The notes beneath the pieces are model-generated. The model was not told the origin of the DNA and searched no databases. It saw only the letters and a list, made by a program, of their open reading frames with translations. A stretch of DNA of 64,000 nucleotides from Eledone cirrhosa (taxonomy: Eukaryota). Where the stretch lies: positions 45,322,001-45,386,000 of the forward strand of contig OZ024750.1 in NCBI GenBank assembly GCA_964016885.1, in the 5' to 3' direction. The translations under genes were made by a program, and so were the position numbers. Each line of letters starts with the position of its first letter. The stretch's first letter is position 1. Below are positions 48,601 through 62,387 of the stretch, piece by piece.

Positions 48601-48996
48601 AAAAAGATCGTGCCTGATTGTGGATGTGGCCTGCCCGTTCGACACGAGAATGCAAGAGAAGGAGAGGGAGAAAATTAACCGATACCAGGACCTAAAGTGG
48701 GAGGTGAAAAGGATTTGGAACTGCCATGAAGTCAAAGTGATCCCGATTGTCATAGGCGCACTGGGGACTATCTCCAAAAGTTTCCAGGGATGGTTAAAGA
48801 AAATCGGCCCCTTCACGCTTTTTGGAACGCTTCAAAAGGCATGCTTGCTTGGAACAGCAAGAACCCTCCGATACGTCCTGAATATCTGAGGCTGCAGGTA
48901 GTGGCTTGATATTCAATCCAACGGACTTTCCAGTTAACCAACATCAATGACTGAGATTCAAGGAATAACAACAACAATAATAATAATAATAATAAT
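45633..48996 (+). mobile_element. Near-complete R4/Dong-clade non-LTR retrotransposon in (AAT)n
   Basis: Single long frame with RT and C-terminal restriction-like endonuclease; ends in (AAT)n. Confidence 0.92.
45660..48889 (+). pseudogene. R4/Dong-type polyprotein (RT, CCHC finger, REL endonuclease), one frameshift near 46685-46700
   Basis: PWWKKRL, KSPGPDG, NYRPITCL, IDYRKAFD, GIFQGDSLSP, LFMDD, YKYLG, CRIC..ET..HIVSEC, RHD, RPDLV; ORFs 45573-46703 and 46700-48889. Confidence 0.92.
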
Positions 48997-49240
48997 GGTT
49001 TCTTTATTAACCACAAGGGTTCACATAAAGTAGACATTAAGGACAGTACAGGACAATACAGGACGGTACAAATGGGCATTTCTGCGTGTAAAAAAAACAG
49101 AGGTTGAAATAAAATAACAAAGAAAAATTCCCCAATAGGGGGGAGACTTCCAAGGGACATTTGTGGAGAAAGCCCATTAAAAGACCACAGTGGCCCTGAC
49201 CACCAGGGCAAGTGCCCTCTCCCAGTTTTCCACCTTTAAT

Positions 49241-52200
49241 TTACAGACACATACTCAGAGAAGGCCCATTCATTCGGGCCATACTTGCTTCTCTCACCCA
49301 TCTTTCAACAAAATGCTGGGAAGAGAGCACTTCCCTCTCTACCCTGATTTTCCTTTTCAAATGAAATTTGAAAAAGTTAATCAGGGCATCACCGAAGAGG
49401 TAAATGCTCGTCTTCAGCCCTTTCAAACGTGTCCACCATACTATCTCTTTCGCCATGGCCACCAGACAGATAAAAACTGCCTGCCCTTCCAGGCTAAAGG
49501 AAGGGGGCGGGGCAATCCTCACGATGGACTCAGCTGATAGCTGGATCCGTCCAACACGTGACAGCAGGTGTTCGACATAAACCCACAAGTCAGCACTCTC
49601 GGACACTGGACGAGTGCGTGCAGGACGGTTTCGTCGCCCTGCGCGCATCTCGGACATGCCCGGCTGACGGCACCTCCATGCCTGTAGAGTTTATCCCGAA
49701 CTGGCAAAGCTCCTCGGTAGCACTGCCAGGCCAGGGATTTCTGGAAGTTGTCCATAGGCCCCGGCCCGAAAGTCCTTCCGAAGAGATTGGCTAGTTGATT
49801 TTCGTCGACGCCTAGAGTTTCTCCAAGTACGTCGTCGTTCTTCCCCTCCACTAATCCCCTATAGAACGCCAAGGTGGAGTTTCCACCGATCACATTGCCC
49901 GATTGGTCGAGGGCTGTGAGCGCCTGAAGACATTCCAGTCTCCAAGCGCTCCCTCTCGGTCTTCGCTTGACCCAGGACTGCAGCTCCGTCAAGGAGACGA
50001 GCTGGGGAAAAACGTGTCTTGCAAACGGCGACCACACCTGATCACCGTCGAGGAAGAGCTGGAGATGTCGTAGCCTGAGCGGGTGTCTGCGCATCATCAG
50101 CCACGGCATGCCCAGCCCTCCACGTAGCGGGTGTTGACAGCAGATGGACCGCCTGACCATCGGAGCGCGTCCCTTCCACAAGAAGCGAAAGAGCAAACGC
50201 TCCAGCGCAGTCAGGCGGGGCTAGGACAAGGTACGACTGTCAGGCGGTAGTAGATGACGGATGCGATGTACGCATTCGCCACCTCCGCTCGACCTTTCAG
50301 GGATAGCTTCCTCTCGGCCCATTTCTGGGTGAGAGAAGCCACCCTGCTCGTCACCTCGTCCCAGTTTTTGTCCGTCTGGAGGTCTGGACCGAACCAGACC
50401 CCTAGCAATTTAACTGGTCCGTCCGTCCAGCGCCCGACGACGCTGTTGGACGGCATGGACCTGCCTCTCCAGGTGCCGAGCTGCAGGCCCACTGACTTTT
50501 CCTGGTTGATCATTGCTCCTGTCACCGCTTCGTATTCTCTTAGTGTAGTACCGATCGTCTCGATGTGTTTGGCGTTCGACACCACTACGGTGACATCGTC
50601 GGCATATGCTGACACGGATCTTCCGCATTCTAGTTCGCGCGGGACCCCCCTCAACGTCTCCAGTTTGTGCAGTAATGGCTAGAGAGTCAATACGTACAAT
50701 AGGGACGAGAGGGGACATCCTTGGCGGACCGAGCGCATGATGTTGAACGGTTCCGAAAGGTGACCGTTCACTCTCACTACAGAGCAGATGTCGCTGTGCA
50801 TGGCAGCGATCCAGCCTCTGAAGACGGGCCCAAAGCCAGCCGCCCTCAGGACTGCCGCTAGGTAACGATGGTCGACCCTATCGAAGGCTTTCGACTGATC
50901 TAAATTGATCAAAGACCCACCCGTGCCAGGTTCCCTAGCTACCCTCTCTACGATGTATCGCATGAGGTGGAGGTTGTCGTGGATGGATCTGTCGGGAATG
51001 GCGCATGTCTGTGCCTCTCCCACCAGACCACCAACGACAAGCGCCAACCTCTTTGCTAGCACCTTGGCCAAAATCTTGAACTCTGTGTTTAGCAGAGTTA
51101 TGGGCCTAAAATTATCTATGTTATCCCCCTTGTTCGGATCCTTTCTCAGCAGCGCCACCGCTCCTCGGCTCACAGAGCTGGGAATTCTCCCGTTCTGTTG
51201 CCAGTTGCAGTAGACGTCCGCCAAGAGGCCTCCGAACAAGTTTGGCATTTGTACGTAAAGTTCATAGGGCAGACCATCCAAACCAGGCGATTTACCCCTT
51301 GTGCAACTAGTCATTGCATCCCGTACTTCAGCGGTTGTTATCGGCTTTTCGCAACACTCCGCCTCAGTGGCCGAAAGCCGCGGCAGTCCGTCGAGGTAGA
51401 CACTAAAGTCCATCCCTCGATCCGGCCCGCCACTGCCCCCGAACAGTTGAGCGAAGTGTCGCTGAAAAGCTTCACACATTTGCCCGGGATCGAGTAGCAT
51501 GCGCCCGTCGTGGTCCACCAAAGACCGGATCGTGGCTTTGTTGCCACGACGCGCCTCCGCCACTCGGGCCCATTGAACGGCTTTCGTCCCCTCGTGTCTG
51601 AGAGCACGCACCCTAGCTCTGACAACGCAGCCTTCGTGCTTTGCATTGAAGAATTGGTGAAGGGCCAATTTCGCCGCAAGTACGTCGGTCGCGATGCCTT
51701 TGCTAAGCGCCTCATCTAATTTTCTAACTAGTTCTCCCTCTACTCTATTTTTCTCTATTGCTAAAGTCTTACTAAACCTAATGGACTCTATTCTAATTGC
51801 TCTTTTCAGAGCAAACCACCACTTGTTGTTGACGATGGCCCCCGTCAACGCCCGCTTAACTAGTTCGCTAATCCGGTCTCTGTAGGCCTTGCGCGCTGGT
51901 AAGGACGCGTTTAGCTTCCAGTAGCCGGGTCCTTGTCTATGAAGCCTATCTAAGTCAAGCACACAGATCACGAATTTGTGGTCCGTGTAGCTGACTATCT
52001 TGAATTGTGGACAGCCTATGCTAGACCTATCTATTTCCCTACAAAATACTCTATCTAGATATGATCTGGATGACCCTATGCGATTTGTCCAAGTCCACAT
52101 TGGTACATTCGGGAAATCCATTCCGTACCTGTCAGACAGTTCAAAACGTCTGAGCAGGTTGGTGAGACTCTTGCACCCTCCTTCCCTATCCACTAATCCC

Positions 52201-52658
52201 ACACAATCCCAGCGTGCATCTAAGATCCCGTTCCAGTCGCCCACTAACACTAAAGAGCGGGACGTTCCAAGAAAGGTCTCCAGACGCCGGAAGAAATCAG
52301 GCCGCCCTGCTCCTGTCGGGGCATAGACGGCCACTAACCTGAAAGCTTGCCCGTCTCCGCTGGTCACGTCCAGCACCACCAACTTACCTTCTGGGTCCAG
52401 GAAGATGGCCCGTATGGCAAGATCCAAACCTCTCCGAAAAAGCACAGCAACTCCTCCCCCCGATCCCGGACGGCTGGGAGATGCGTACACATCGTAGCCG
52501 CCGAAGATTGGTGCGAAAGCCTGTGCTTCGGAGATTCTGGTCTCGCTGATGGCCACTACATCTATGTTTAGTGACCTGAGGTCGTTGAGCAGGTGGCCCT
52601 GCTTCCATGACGACCCCAAGCCACGCGCATTTATGCTGCCTATTCTGAGTGAGGTCAT
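49241..52658 (-). pseudogene. Tx1-type ORF2 (apurinic endonuclease plus RT plus C-terminal Cys motif), disrupted
   Basis: SINARGL, ISETR, VYAP, GDWN, SYLDR, TDH, GPGYWKLN, KSPGLDG, FRPITLLN, LDQSKAFD, VRQGCPLS, AYADD, CPRC..ETVLHALVQC; stop at 50679 and frameshifts near 50215 and 49590. Confidence 0.92.
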
Positions 52659-52692
52659 GTTGAAAAGGAGTGGAAAAGATGGGAAAGACCAC

Positions 52693-54663
52693 TTACCTTA
52701 CTTCTCGTAGGGGAAGGACGGTTTTTCCATCCTTTTCACTGCTTGTGGCCTCCTCAGGAAGGATGTCCTTATAAATCCTCCTGGAGAGTGCTTGTCGGAA
52801 GTCTCCGATGTCTTTGGGGAATTTTTGTTTTAGTGTCATGTACGTTTTCTGTGTGATGCGAGTGATTTGTATGTGTGGAGGTGGTGTGAATTTTGGGGTT
52901 GTTGTGTAGTCTTTTTCTGTGATGCTGGTGTTGTGTTGGATGTAGTGCAATAATTGCTTGTTGTTCAAATTTAATGCTGTGTAGTGTGTATCGTTTTGGT
53001 TGTTTTGTTTTGTTTGCGTTTGTTGTGGGTTTGTTTCTGTTTCGCATTTTGGTGACTTTTGTGGAGTTAATGATGGTGATGGTGTTGGTGTTTGGGTTGA
53101 TGGGGTTGGTGATGCTGGTGTGGATGGTGGCATATCTGTCCTAACTTTTGTGTTTCTTAGTTTATTTGTTTCCCTCTGTATTTTGTTTTTGGAGGGGGAA
53201 GGAAGAGAATTTTTTTCTTTTTTGGTTTCTTTTTTTTTTTCCGGATATCGTTTCCCACTCCTCGTCGTCACAATCTGTCTCCAGTTGTGATAGGCCGGGG
53301 AGTGGAAAATCCTCCACAGCCGTTAGTTTTGGTTGTGGTGTGGTGGATGGTGTAGGCGCTGGTGCTAGTTCTGAAGCGTTGGGTGGTGGTGGTGTTGGTT
53401 TTGCTGGTGGTGGTAGTGGTGTTGGTTTTGCTACTGTTGCTGGGTTGTTGCTGTTATAGTTGCTTCTGTTGTTGCTGCTACAGTTGTTGCTGGCATCTCT
53501 GCTACTGGTGGTGTTGATGGTTGTGTCACTGGGGTGGGTAGGAGAGGTGGCCTCAACCTTTTAGCCTGAGGGCAGAAAGCCCTTAGGTGGGTTCCTTCAC
53601 CACAAACGACACACCTAGGTCTTCTGCCCTCGACAATTACCGTGAGGTGGCTGCCGTCAGTGAGGTCTATTACCTCTGGGATCTCCTCAATGCTTTTTTG
53701 GTCCGCTTGGATCAGGAGCTCCATCCCAGATCCGGACCAGTTTTCCTGCTTTTCTTTTGCTATTGTTATTATTTTCGTGTTGGCCTCGATGCCGGCGATG
53801 ACAGCCGCTATTAGCCAGGGAATTTCGATGGCCGGTGGAACGTGGGTCACCCTGATCTTTACGAGTCTCTGGCCACAATAGCTTGGGACGAGTGTGAAGT
53901 CGTCACTTTTTAATGGGGCCATGGAGTGTTCTCTAGCCTCCTCTGGTGTTTCAAAGAACACATCCACGGTTCCATACTTTTGCCCACGTCTGATGTGGGT
54001 TTTTCTTGCCCACACATGTCCCAAAGCTTTTTTGGATTTGGGACTCGGATGCCCGTTCCACTCGGCGCGATTTTACATTTATTGTTCTATACGACACGGT
54101 GCACAGGCGCCGATGCTCCATTTTATTAGGTGTGTGTGGGGGGGGGGGCTGACCCTGTACCCATCTTTCTTTACCATTTGTTTGGCATTTTCTAAATCTT
54201 CTTGAGTTACCGTGAACGCTTCGAATTGTTTTGCTACGATGGCGAAACTGAGGGGGGGGGGGTTTATAATGTCATTGTTGTTGTTGTTGCTATCGTTAAT
54301 ATTAATTTTAGTTTCAGTTGTGGTGGTGACGTCAGTCGTCTTTGGTGGGGAAGAGTCCATTTTGCTTGATTTCATTTCGACATCACGAGTTAATTTATTT
54401 TTTTCTTCTTTTGTTTCTGTTGTCGCGGTGGTGGTGGTGGTGGTGGTTGTCGCGGTGGTGGTGGTGGTGGAGGCTTTAACACCTGCAGTCATTGGTAATG
54501 GCGGGAAATGAATGTCTGCCTGAGACAAATTTAAAATATTGCTACTGCTTATATTTTTTTTTGTGTTGGCAAACGTAGTAACATTTACAATGGTGGTGTC
54601 GGTGTGAGGTGTTATTTTGTGAGGAAGGCTTTCAGCTGCTTCGTGCAGAGGTGAAGTAGCCAT
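52693..54663 (-). pseudogene. Tx1-type ORF1 (gag-like, CCHC zinc knuckle), frameshifted
   Basis: ORFs 54079-54663, 53431-54024 (CVVCGEGTHLRAFC) and 52693-53271 in series directly upstream of ORF2. Confidence 0.8.
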
Positions 54664-54871
54664 TTTTTTTCAAAGAAATTTTTGATAATAATAAAAGTTA
54701 AAATTTTGGGCACAAGGCCCCAATCTTTTTAGGTGTCCTTTTCGGAAAACAATGTATGTGTGCTTATAAACAGTTAACAATAAAATTTTCCATAAATGGC
54801 AATTTTTAAACAAACGGAAATAACAAACCTTTGCGGAGCTCACGATAATACGATTTCCTACGTAGGTCGCC

Positions 54872-54918
<47 letters not shown>

Positions 54919-54930
54919 TAACACTTTAAC

Positions 54931-55627
54931 CCATCAGTGGCTGGCATCCTCTGGACTGAAATCGGAGACTGAAGGACTGATTATATCAGCACATGATCAG
55001 TATCTGCCAACAAAAAATTACCAAGCCAACATAATAAAAAATGGATGCAACCCATTATGCCGTGTATGTAAAAAACAAAAAGAGACCATTGATCATATAA
55101 TTTCAATGTGCAGTCATATAACTCCAACCGAATACCTAAACAGGCATGACAGAGCTGCACAATACATAAATTGGATAATGTGTAAGCATTTTGACCTGCC
55201 CCATCAAAAGAATTGGTGGGAGCATCAACCACCTCCCATACTTGAAAAAGATCACATCTCAATCTTGTGGAACTTTAGCATCCAAACAGACCGAAAAATA
55301 GATGCAAATAGACCTGATATAATACTGAAGGACTTTAAAAAGTGGGTATGCCTGCTAATTGATATGTCCCTTCCAATAGACAAGAATGTATCTATAAAAA
55401 CATTTGCAAAATTGAGCAAGTATAAGGACCTGGAGATAGAAATTGGAAAAATGTGGAAATTGAGAACTAAAACAATACTTTAGTGGTTGTAGGCGCTCTA
55501 GGAATGATACCTAAGGGGTCTAATGATTACTCATCGCAAATCCCAGGAAACCCGCGTATAGGAGAAATACAAAAGATTTTAGTAATGGGATTTGGCCATA
55601 TACTCAGGAAGATTCTGTCAATATAAT
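54931..55627 (+). mobile_element. 3' fragment of another REL-endonuclease LINE family
   Basis: GLKSETEGL, CRVC..ETIDHI..C, RHD, ILWNF, RPDII, LIDMSLP, KYKDL, VGALG. Confidence 0.85.
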
Positions 55628-55954
55628 TACATCACAAGTCTAAACACCTAAAGATGCATGTGCGTATGTATGTTCTTTCTTGAACATGGCGGACCTTGTT
55701 GTCTCTTGGGATCACTGGTTGTGACTTGGTGATAACTCGTATGAACATAAATCAAGATAAATGCAACTGTAATAATAATATTAATGATAATAATTGCTGG
55801 CCTGTTGTTGTTGCTGTTGTTGTTGTTGTTTTTAATGTTCATGTCATGTTTGATCACAGTCAAAACTGATAGTTTATTTTTTTACCTGCCATTGTTTCTG
55901 TTACTGTTGCAACTGAAGATGATGTGTTTAATTGTGTGATTATCATTTAACATC

Positions 55955-56355
55955 CTCCTTGTAATACCTACCAATAACACCTCCCCCCACACCTCCTTGT
56001 AATACCTACCAACAACACCTCCCCCCAAACCTCCTTGTAATACCTACCAACAACACCTCCCCCCACACCTCATTGTAATACCTACCAACAACACCTCCCC
56101 CCACACCTCCTTGTAATACCTACCAACAACACCTCCCCCCACACCTCCTTGTAATACCTACCAACAACACCTCCCCCCACACCTCTTTGTAATACCTACC
56201 AATAACACCTCCCCCACACCTCCTTGTAATACCTACCAACAACACCTCCCCCCACACCTCCTTGTAATACCTACCAACAACACCTCCCCCCACACCTCCT
56301 TGTAATACCTACCAATAACACCTCCCCCCACACCTTGTAATACCTACCAATAACA
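55955..56355. repeat. Minisatellite of about 35-36 bp (CTCCTTGTAATACCTACCAACAACACCTCCCCCCACAC)
   Basis: About 11 tandem copies followed by a (CAC/CAA)n tract to 56910. Confidence 0.95.
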
Positions 56356-56914
56356 CCACTACCAACACCACCACCAACACCACCACCACCACCACAACAC
56401 CACCACCACCACCACAACACCACCACCAACACCACCACCACCGCTACCAACACCACCACTACCAACACCACCACCACCACCAACACCACCACCACCACTA
56501 CCAACACCACCACCACCACCACCACAACACCACCACCACACCACCACCACCACAACACCACAACACCACCACCACCACCAACACCACCAACACCACCACC
56601 ACCACTACCAACACCACCACCACCACCACAACACCACCACCAACACCACCACCACCACAACACCACAACACCACCACCACCACCAACACCACCAACACCA
56701 CCACCACCACTACCAACACCACCACCACCACCAACACCACCACCACCACCACAACACCACCACCAACACCACCACCACCACAACACCACAACACCACCAC
56801 CACTAACACCACCACCAACACAACCACCACCGCCACCAACACCACCACCACTACCAACACTACCACCACCGCCACCAACACCACCACCACTACCAACACC
56901 ACCACCAACATCAA

Positions 56915-57065
56915 GGCGCTAGGCTAAAAATATGGGTGGAGAAATTCGATTACATCGACCCCAGTGTGATATTGGTACTTTATTTTATCGACCCTGTAAT
57001 GACTAATGGTGGGATTTGAACTCGAAACGTAAAGGGAATTAACTATATGCCGCAGAGTATGTTGT
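56915..57065 (-). mobile_element. Degenerate SINE
   Basis: GGTACTTTATTTTATCGACCC..GGGATTTGAACTC. Confidence 0.7.
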
Positions 57066-57084
57066 ATATGTAACCTGCTACTTT

Positions 57085-57403
57085 GACAGATGAGTGCAAG
57101 AAAAGGAGAAAATCAACCGACACCAGGATTTAAAGTGGGAATTATAATGGATTTGGGTTTGACATAAGATCAATGTTGTCCCGATTGTCATAGCAGCTCT
57201 AGGTACAATCTCGAAAAGTGTTCAAGGATGGTCAAATAATATTAGTCCAGCCCGCTTTTTAGGAAAACTTCAAAAGGCATGCTTGCTGGGAATAGGAAGA
57301 ACTCCGCGACAAGTCCTGAATATCAGCAGGTAGTAGCTTGATATTCATTTGAACAACATTTTCAGTTAAATAACATCAATGGCTAGGACTTCATGAAGAT
57401 AAT
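57085..57403 (+). mobile_element. Older 3' fragment of the R4/Dong-type LINE
   Basis: Colinear with 48645-48965, including CTTCAAAAGGCATGCTTGCT and the 3' UTR. Confidence 0.85.
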
Positions 57404-57955
57404 AATTGTTTCTACTTTAGGCACAAGGCCAGCAATTATCCAGTGCATTACTGGTACTTTATTTTATCGACCCCGCAAGGATGAAAGGCAAAGTCAACCT
57501 CGGCAGGATTTGAACTCAGATCGTAAAGGGACTTAACTATGCTGGAAAGCATGGCGTCCAACCCTCTACCGATACTGCCAATCCACCACGCATGAAGATA
57601 ATAATAATAATAATTCTTACTACTTTTGGCACAAGGCCAGCAATTTGAATGAGGGTGGAAAGTCAATTAAATCGACCCCTGTGCGGCTTTCTATGACAAC
57701 TAGAGGTGGTCCACTATCTTGACTAACCCAGGAATTAAGAACACTTCTGAGGGAAGACATGATAATAATAATTGTTTCTACTTTTGGCACAAGGCCAGCA
57801 ATTACCCAGTGCATAACTGGTACTTTATTTTATCGACCCCGTAAGGATGAAAGGCAAAGTTAACCTCGGCGGTATTTGAACACAGACCATAAAGGGGCGT
57901 AACTCTAGGTTGGAAAGAATGGCGTCAGATTCTCTAACGATACTGCCAATCCACT
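57404..57955 (-). mobile_element. SINE cluster (57404-57589 with TSD CATGAAGATAATAAT, tail fragment, 57769-57955)
   Basis: Family matches; 15-bp duplication flanks the first copy. Confidence 0.88.
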
Positions 57956-58276
57956 AATGATTGTAATAAATCACAATAAAATAGCAACCGCATAACAACA
58001 TGTAACCTTGACCTTCAAAGATTTATTTCAAACGACACAAATAGGGACTTCGCCAAGATTATGATGCACGCAGTGTATATATACAAAGAAACGTTCTTGC
58101 CGTTAAATCTACCAAAATAACTATCTAATAACTATCAAATTACTAAATAATAACTATCAAGCACTTAATAGGGACAAGAATTATATATACAAAAAACATG
58201 AAATATGATAATAGATCACCCTCACCTTAATGAAGTCAAGATTAGAGCAACCCAATTGAGAGAAGAGAAGGATACA

Positions 58277-58335
<59 letters not shown>

Positions 58336-58955
58336 CTAAGGCGGGTAAAATTCCCGAGATCCATGGACGAGTTCTCTCCAGCGGTCTCTGTCCCTCATTA
58401 TCGCTGCTATGTCCTGCGTCTCCAACAGACAAGTGTCTGTCCTTAGGGCATCAGCATACGTTAACCTTGGTCTTCCTCTTCTAGTGTGTCCATGTAGGGG
58501 CTCCCAAAGGAGCACTGAGTGCAATGTCAACTCTGGATGTCGGTGAGCATGTCCAGCTAACCTGTGTCACTTTTGAGCTGACTTTTGGGAGGCTCCCATG
58601 CAGCTCTGAGTTTTTCATCCTCAGTGTATACTGACTAATGTTCAGAGCCATCCTCAACATTCTCGTGTAACACCCATCCACCATCTGAGTGAGTTTCTTG
58701 GTCAGTGTCAAAGTCTCAGACCCATACAGCAGCACCGACTCCACTACAGCAATGAAGAGGCGGACTTTCAGGTCTTTACGAAGGTCCGACTTCCACACCG
58801 ATCTCAAGCTGTGGCATGCCGCCCAGGCCTTGCTCTTCCTCTCAACCATATCATCTTCCGTATTCCCAATCTTTGCTCCCAAATACAGGAAGCCCTCAAC
58901 CAATTCTAGCGGCTTCCCGTCTACATTAGTGATCCCCTCTGGCTTCTCAACATTC
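58336..58955 (-). mobile_element. RTE-clade LINE 3' fragment
   Basis: VEGFLYLG, KAWAA, VESVLLYGSET, RMLRMALNI, RGRPRLT. Confidence 0.88.
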
Positions 58956-59959
58956 TCTACCAGATATTTTGTTTATATATATATATATATTACAGAAATA
59001 TAAACGAAATAAGAATAAAATACACAGAATCAAAGCAGGTCTGAAATAAGGACTCCTCGTTAACACATTTGTCAGTATGATGAAATATATCGATCTCTTG
59101 AATAATAGAAGTAGTTCGATTCCACCACGAACTATATTCGTACTATATGGGTAAAAATGAAATATAAATATATACTAGTATTTGCGAGAGTAGTCTGAGA
59201 ACCGAAGAAATGGCCAGGGGAAAAGGTTCTTCAAAACAACTAACGCAACATCTAAATAAATTCAAGGGTATTTAACTGTAGAAGTAGTCCAGCATATTTG
59301 TAAAGCTGAAATGAAATGCCCCAAGACATGATAATATCCAAAACATTTGGCAAACAGAACCGTGTAGAGTGCTAGCAAAGAAGTAATGAGGTAGTGAGAA
59401 AGCCTGACACAACATAGGGATTAATTAACGAGAGGAAGACCATCTCAATCCTCAAGAATAAAGAAGCAATGTTAAAATCCCAAATTTCTTGTCCAAGAAA
59501 GAATGGCCTACCTCAAATCCAGCCCGTAATTCCATCTAGGTGACCAATGCTTGTGCTAATTCTCATCGTTCAGTAGTGGGTTTGAAGAGGTCTATGCAGC
59601 GTGAATGGGATAAAATAAGAGTAGGAGTCTGGAAGCAATGCCTGGTAGACTTAATACTGTAATAAGGAAAGGAGGTAGATTCATTGAATAACGTTTTGCT
59701 GTAAAATTGCCGAAAATGTCAAGAACTAGTGTGCAAGTTTTCAAGTAAATTGGTTCATATTTAGTTGAAATACATTGTTTTGGGGTCACAACATTTGGGT
59801 CCCCCTATAAATCACATCCCTACCTACTACAAAACTATATCTAGAGTAGAATTGTATAGGAAATAAACAACTCGAATGAAAAACAACCCATTTCTAAACA
59901 AAGCAGAAAAGATTCTGCAAGAGATCTTATCTTTTTCTTTTACTTCTCCCACTTAATCT

Positions 59960-60500
59960 TGAGTACGTCGTTGGGGAAGAGTCCTCAAATACTCCCTCTA
60001 TCGGGTCCTATCAAAAACAACCGTGTCCAACTGATCCGGCTGGATCCCCAAGCGAAACCAGTGAAGCTCGGGAATGTTATCCAACCATCTTGCTCGTGGT
60101 CTACCTCTGCGTCTCCTACCAACATGCCTATAGTATCAGAGGTGTAATCTCTCAATTCAGAGTAGTCTCTCTCCCTGAAAGACCCTTCGATGGGATCCCA
60201 TTTCGGCCTCTTTTATCTTGTATTCGCGATCGCATCCTTTCGGTCAATACCCAAGATTCATGATCATAGGAAGTGTTGGCACGAAAACCGAATCATATGG
60301 TTATGAAACAATCAATAGCTGATCAACGGGAGACTACTTGAGAAAGAAAGGACTGAGCATGACTTAAATTGGTTACTATGGAGATGTTGACAGTATTCCT
60401 CACTCAAACTACTACCCATGGGAAAGGGAGAAACAGTAATAAGAAGACAGAGGAAACATGTGATGACTAAATGGCAAACTGTTTTGCAGATCTGACAAAT
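59960..60500. mobile_element. Decayed RTE-like fragments (minus about 59960-60270, plus about 60330-60490)
   Basis: Remnants resembling WVLTERMRSRIQ..EMG and LNWLLWRC..GKG; heavily degraded. Confidence 0.4.
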
Positions 60501-60525
60501 TATCTAAAAAACAACAACTAAATAT

Positions 60526-60714
60526 AATTGTTTTTACTTTCGGCACAAGGCCAGCAATTACCTCAGTACATTACTGGTACTTTATTTTATCGACCCCGTA
60601 AGGATGGAAGGCAAAGTTAACCTCGGAGGGATCTGAACTCAGATCGTAAAAAGACGTAACTATGCTAGAAAGGATGGCGTCCAACCCTCTACCGAAACTG
60701 CCAATTCACCGCCC
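60526..60714 (-). mobile_element. SINE (Meta-like core)
   Basis: Full family match. Confidence 0.9.
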
Positions 60715-61181
60715 TTAATGCCAATAGAAAATGAATATGCCAAGGTGACTGTTATTTCTAGCGTCCTTTTGGCTCACCATATTGCTAATGGTCATGATTA
60801 TGATGATAGTGATGATATTATTAGTGTATAGCCCCTGGTAATGGCCATGGTGATTTGTTGACGTTGCAATGTTTGTGGCATTTAAAACGACTGTTATCAC
60901 AATCACCATCATCACCACCATCATCATCATCATAATCATCACAATCAACATCGTCGCCAACATCGTCACCATCATCATCTCCATTGTCATCTACATCTTC
61001 ACTACCATCAAACTCATCAACATCATCGTCATCATCATTATCATCATCACCATCATCATCAACTACATTAGCATCACCACCATCATCTTCATCATCAACA
61101 TGATCATCAACATGATCATCAACATTGGCGTCCTCATGATGATGATGATGAACATCATCATTATCATAATCATAATCACCG

Positions 61182-61217
<36 letters not shown>

Positions 61218-61503
61218 CTGGTGCCATCTTTATTTCCTCAAGCCATTTTCTTTATTACAAACATTTTCTTCAGCATCCTCATGATCATCACAAACATCTT
61301 ATCCTCCTCCCTCCCCCTCACACACATCACCCACCTCATTCCCGTCACCATCATCATCGTCATCACAATTACAAACATCAACATCAATATCCTCTTCAAC
61401 ATCGTTATCCTCAGCCTCCCCCCTACCTCTGCATCAGCATCATCATCATCATCGTAATTAACACGTATTAATTACAATCATTTTGCTCGATCATTATCTC
61501 ATA

Positions 61504-61690
61504 GTGAATTGGCAGAATCGGTAGAAAGTCGGACACCATGCATTGAAAGCATAGAGTTACGTCCCTTTACGATCTGAGTTCAAATCCCGCCGAGGTTGAC
61601 TTTGCCTTTGATTCTTACGGCGTCGATAAAATAAAGTACCAGTGATGTACTGAGGTAATTGCTGGCCTTGTGCCTAAAGTAGAAACAGTT
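61504..61690 (+). mobile_element. SINE (Meta-like core)
   Basis: Full family match within a (CAT)n tract. Confidence 0.9.
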
Positions 61691-61767
61691 ATCTCATAAG
61701 CCATCATCATGATTATCACGATCATCACCATCATCACCATCATCATCATCACCATCATCATCAACAC

Positions 61768-61804
<37 letters not shown>

Positions 61805-61855
61805 GTCACCGTTCTTCTTCCATCTTTCTCTGCCGACACGTCCTAATAATAAATG

Positions 61856-62033
61856 TCTCTACTTTAGGCACAAGGCCAGCAATTACCTCAGTACATTACT
61901 GGTACTTTATTTTATCGACCCAGTAAGGATGAAAGGCAAAGTCAACCTCGACGGGATTTGAACTCAGACCGTAAAGGGACGTAACTATGCTGGAAGGCAT
62001 GGCGTCCGACACTCTACCGACACTGCCAATCCA
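61856..62033 (-). mobile_element. SINE (Meta-like core)
   Basis: Full family match. Confidence 0.9.
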
Positions 62034-62142
62034 TAATAACAATAATAATAATAAGGATAATAGCAGTAATCATCATCATCATCATCATTATCATCATCAT
62101 AATGAACTTAAATTATCCACATTTAACGTAAACTGTCATCAT

Positions 62143-62322
62143 TTGGCAGTAACGGTAGAGGGACGGACGCCATGCTTTGACGTATAGAGTTACGGCCCTT
62201 GCCATTCTGAGTGCAAATCCCGCCGAGGTTAACTTTGCGTTTCATCCTTACGGGGTCGATAAAATAAAGTACCAGTAATACACTGGTTAATTGTTGGACT
62301 TGTGCCAAAATTAGAAACAATT
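62143..62322 (+). mobile_element. SINE (Meta-like core)
   Basis: Full family match. Confidence 0.9.
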
Positions 62323-62387
62323 ATTATTATTGTTTAAAAATAACGAAAATATTGTAAAAAATCAACTTAAGAAAATAGAAGACTCAT

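Larger units (their letters stand above)
48997..54872 (-). mobile_element. Full-length Tx1/L1-clade LINE (about 5.9 kb) inserted in (AAT)n
   Basis: 5' UTR, ORF1, ORF2, 3' UTR with AATAAA next to (ATT)n; (AAT)n on both flanks. Confidence 0.92.

Noticed and set aside
55955-56355. 36-bp repeats resembling a CRISPR array
   Set aside because: Units are contiguous with no unique spacers, no cas genes, eukaryotic context
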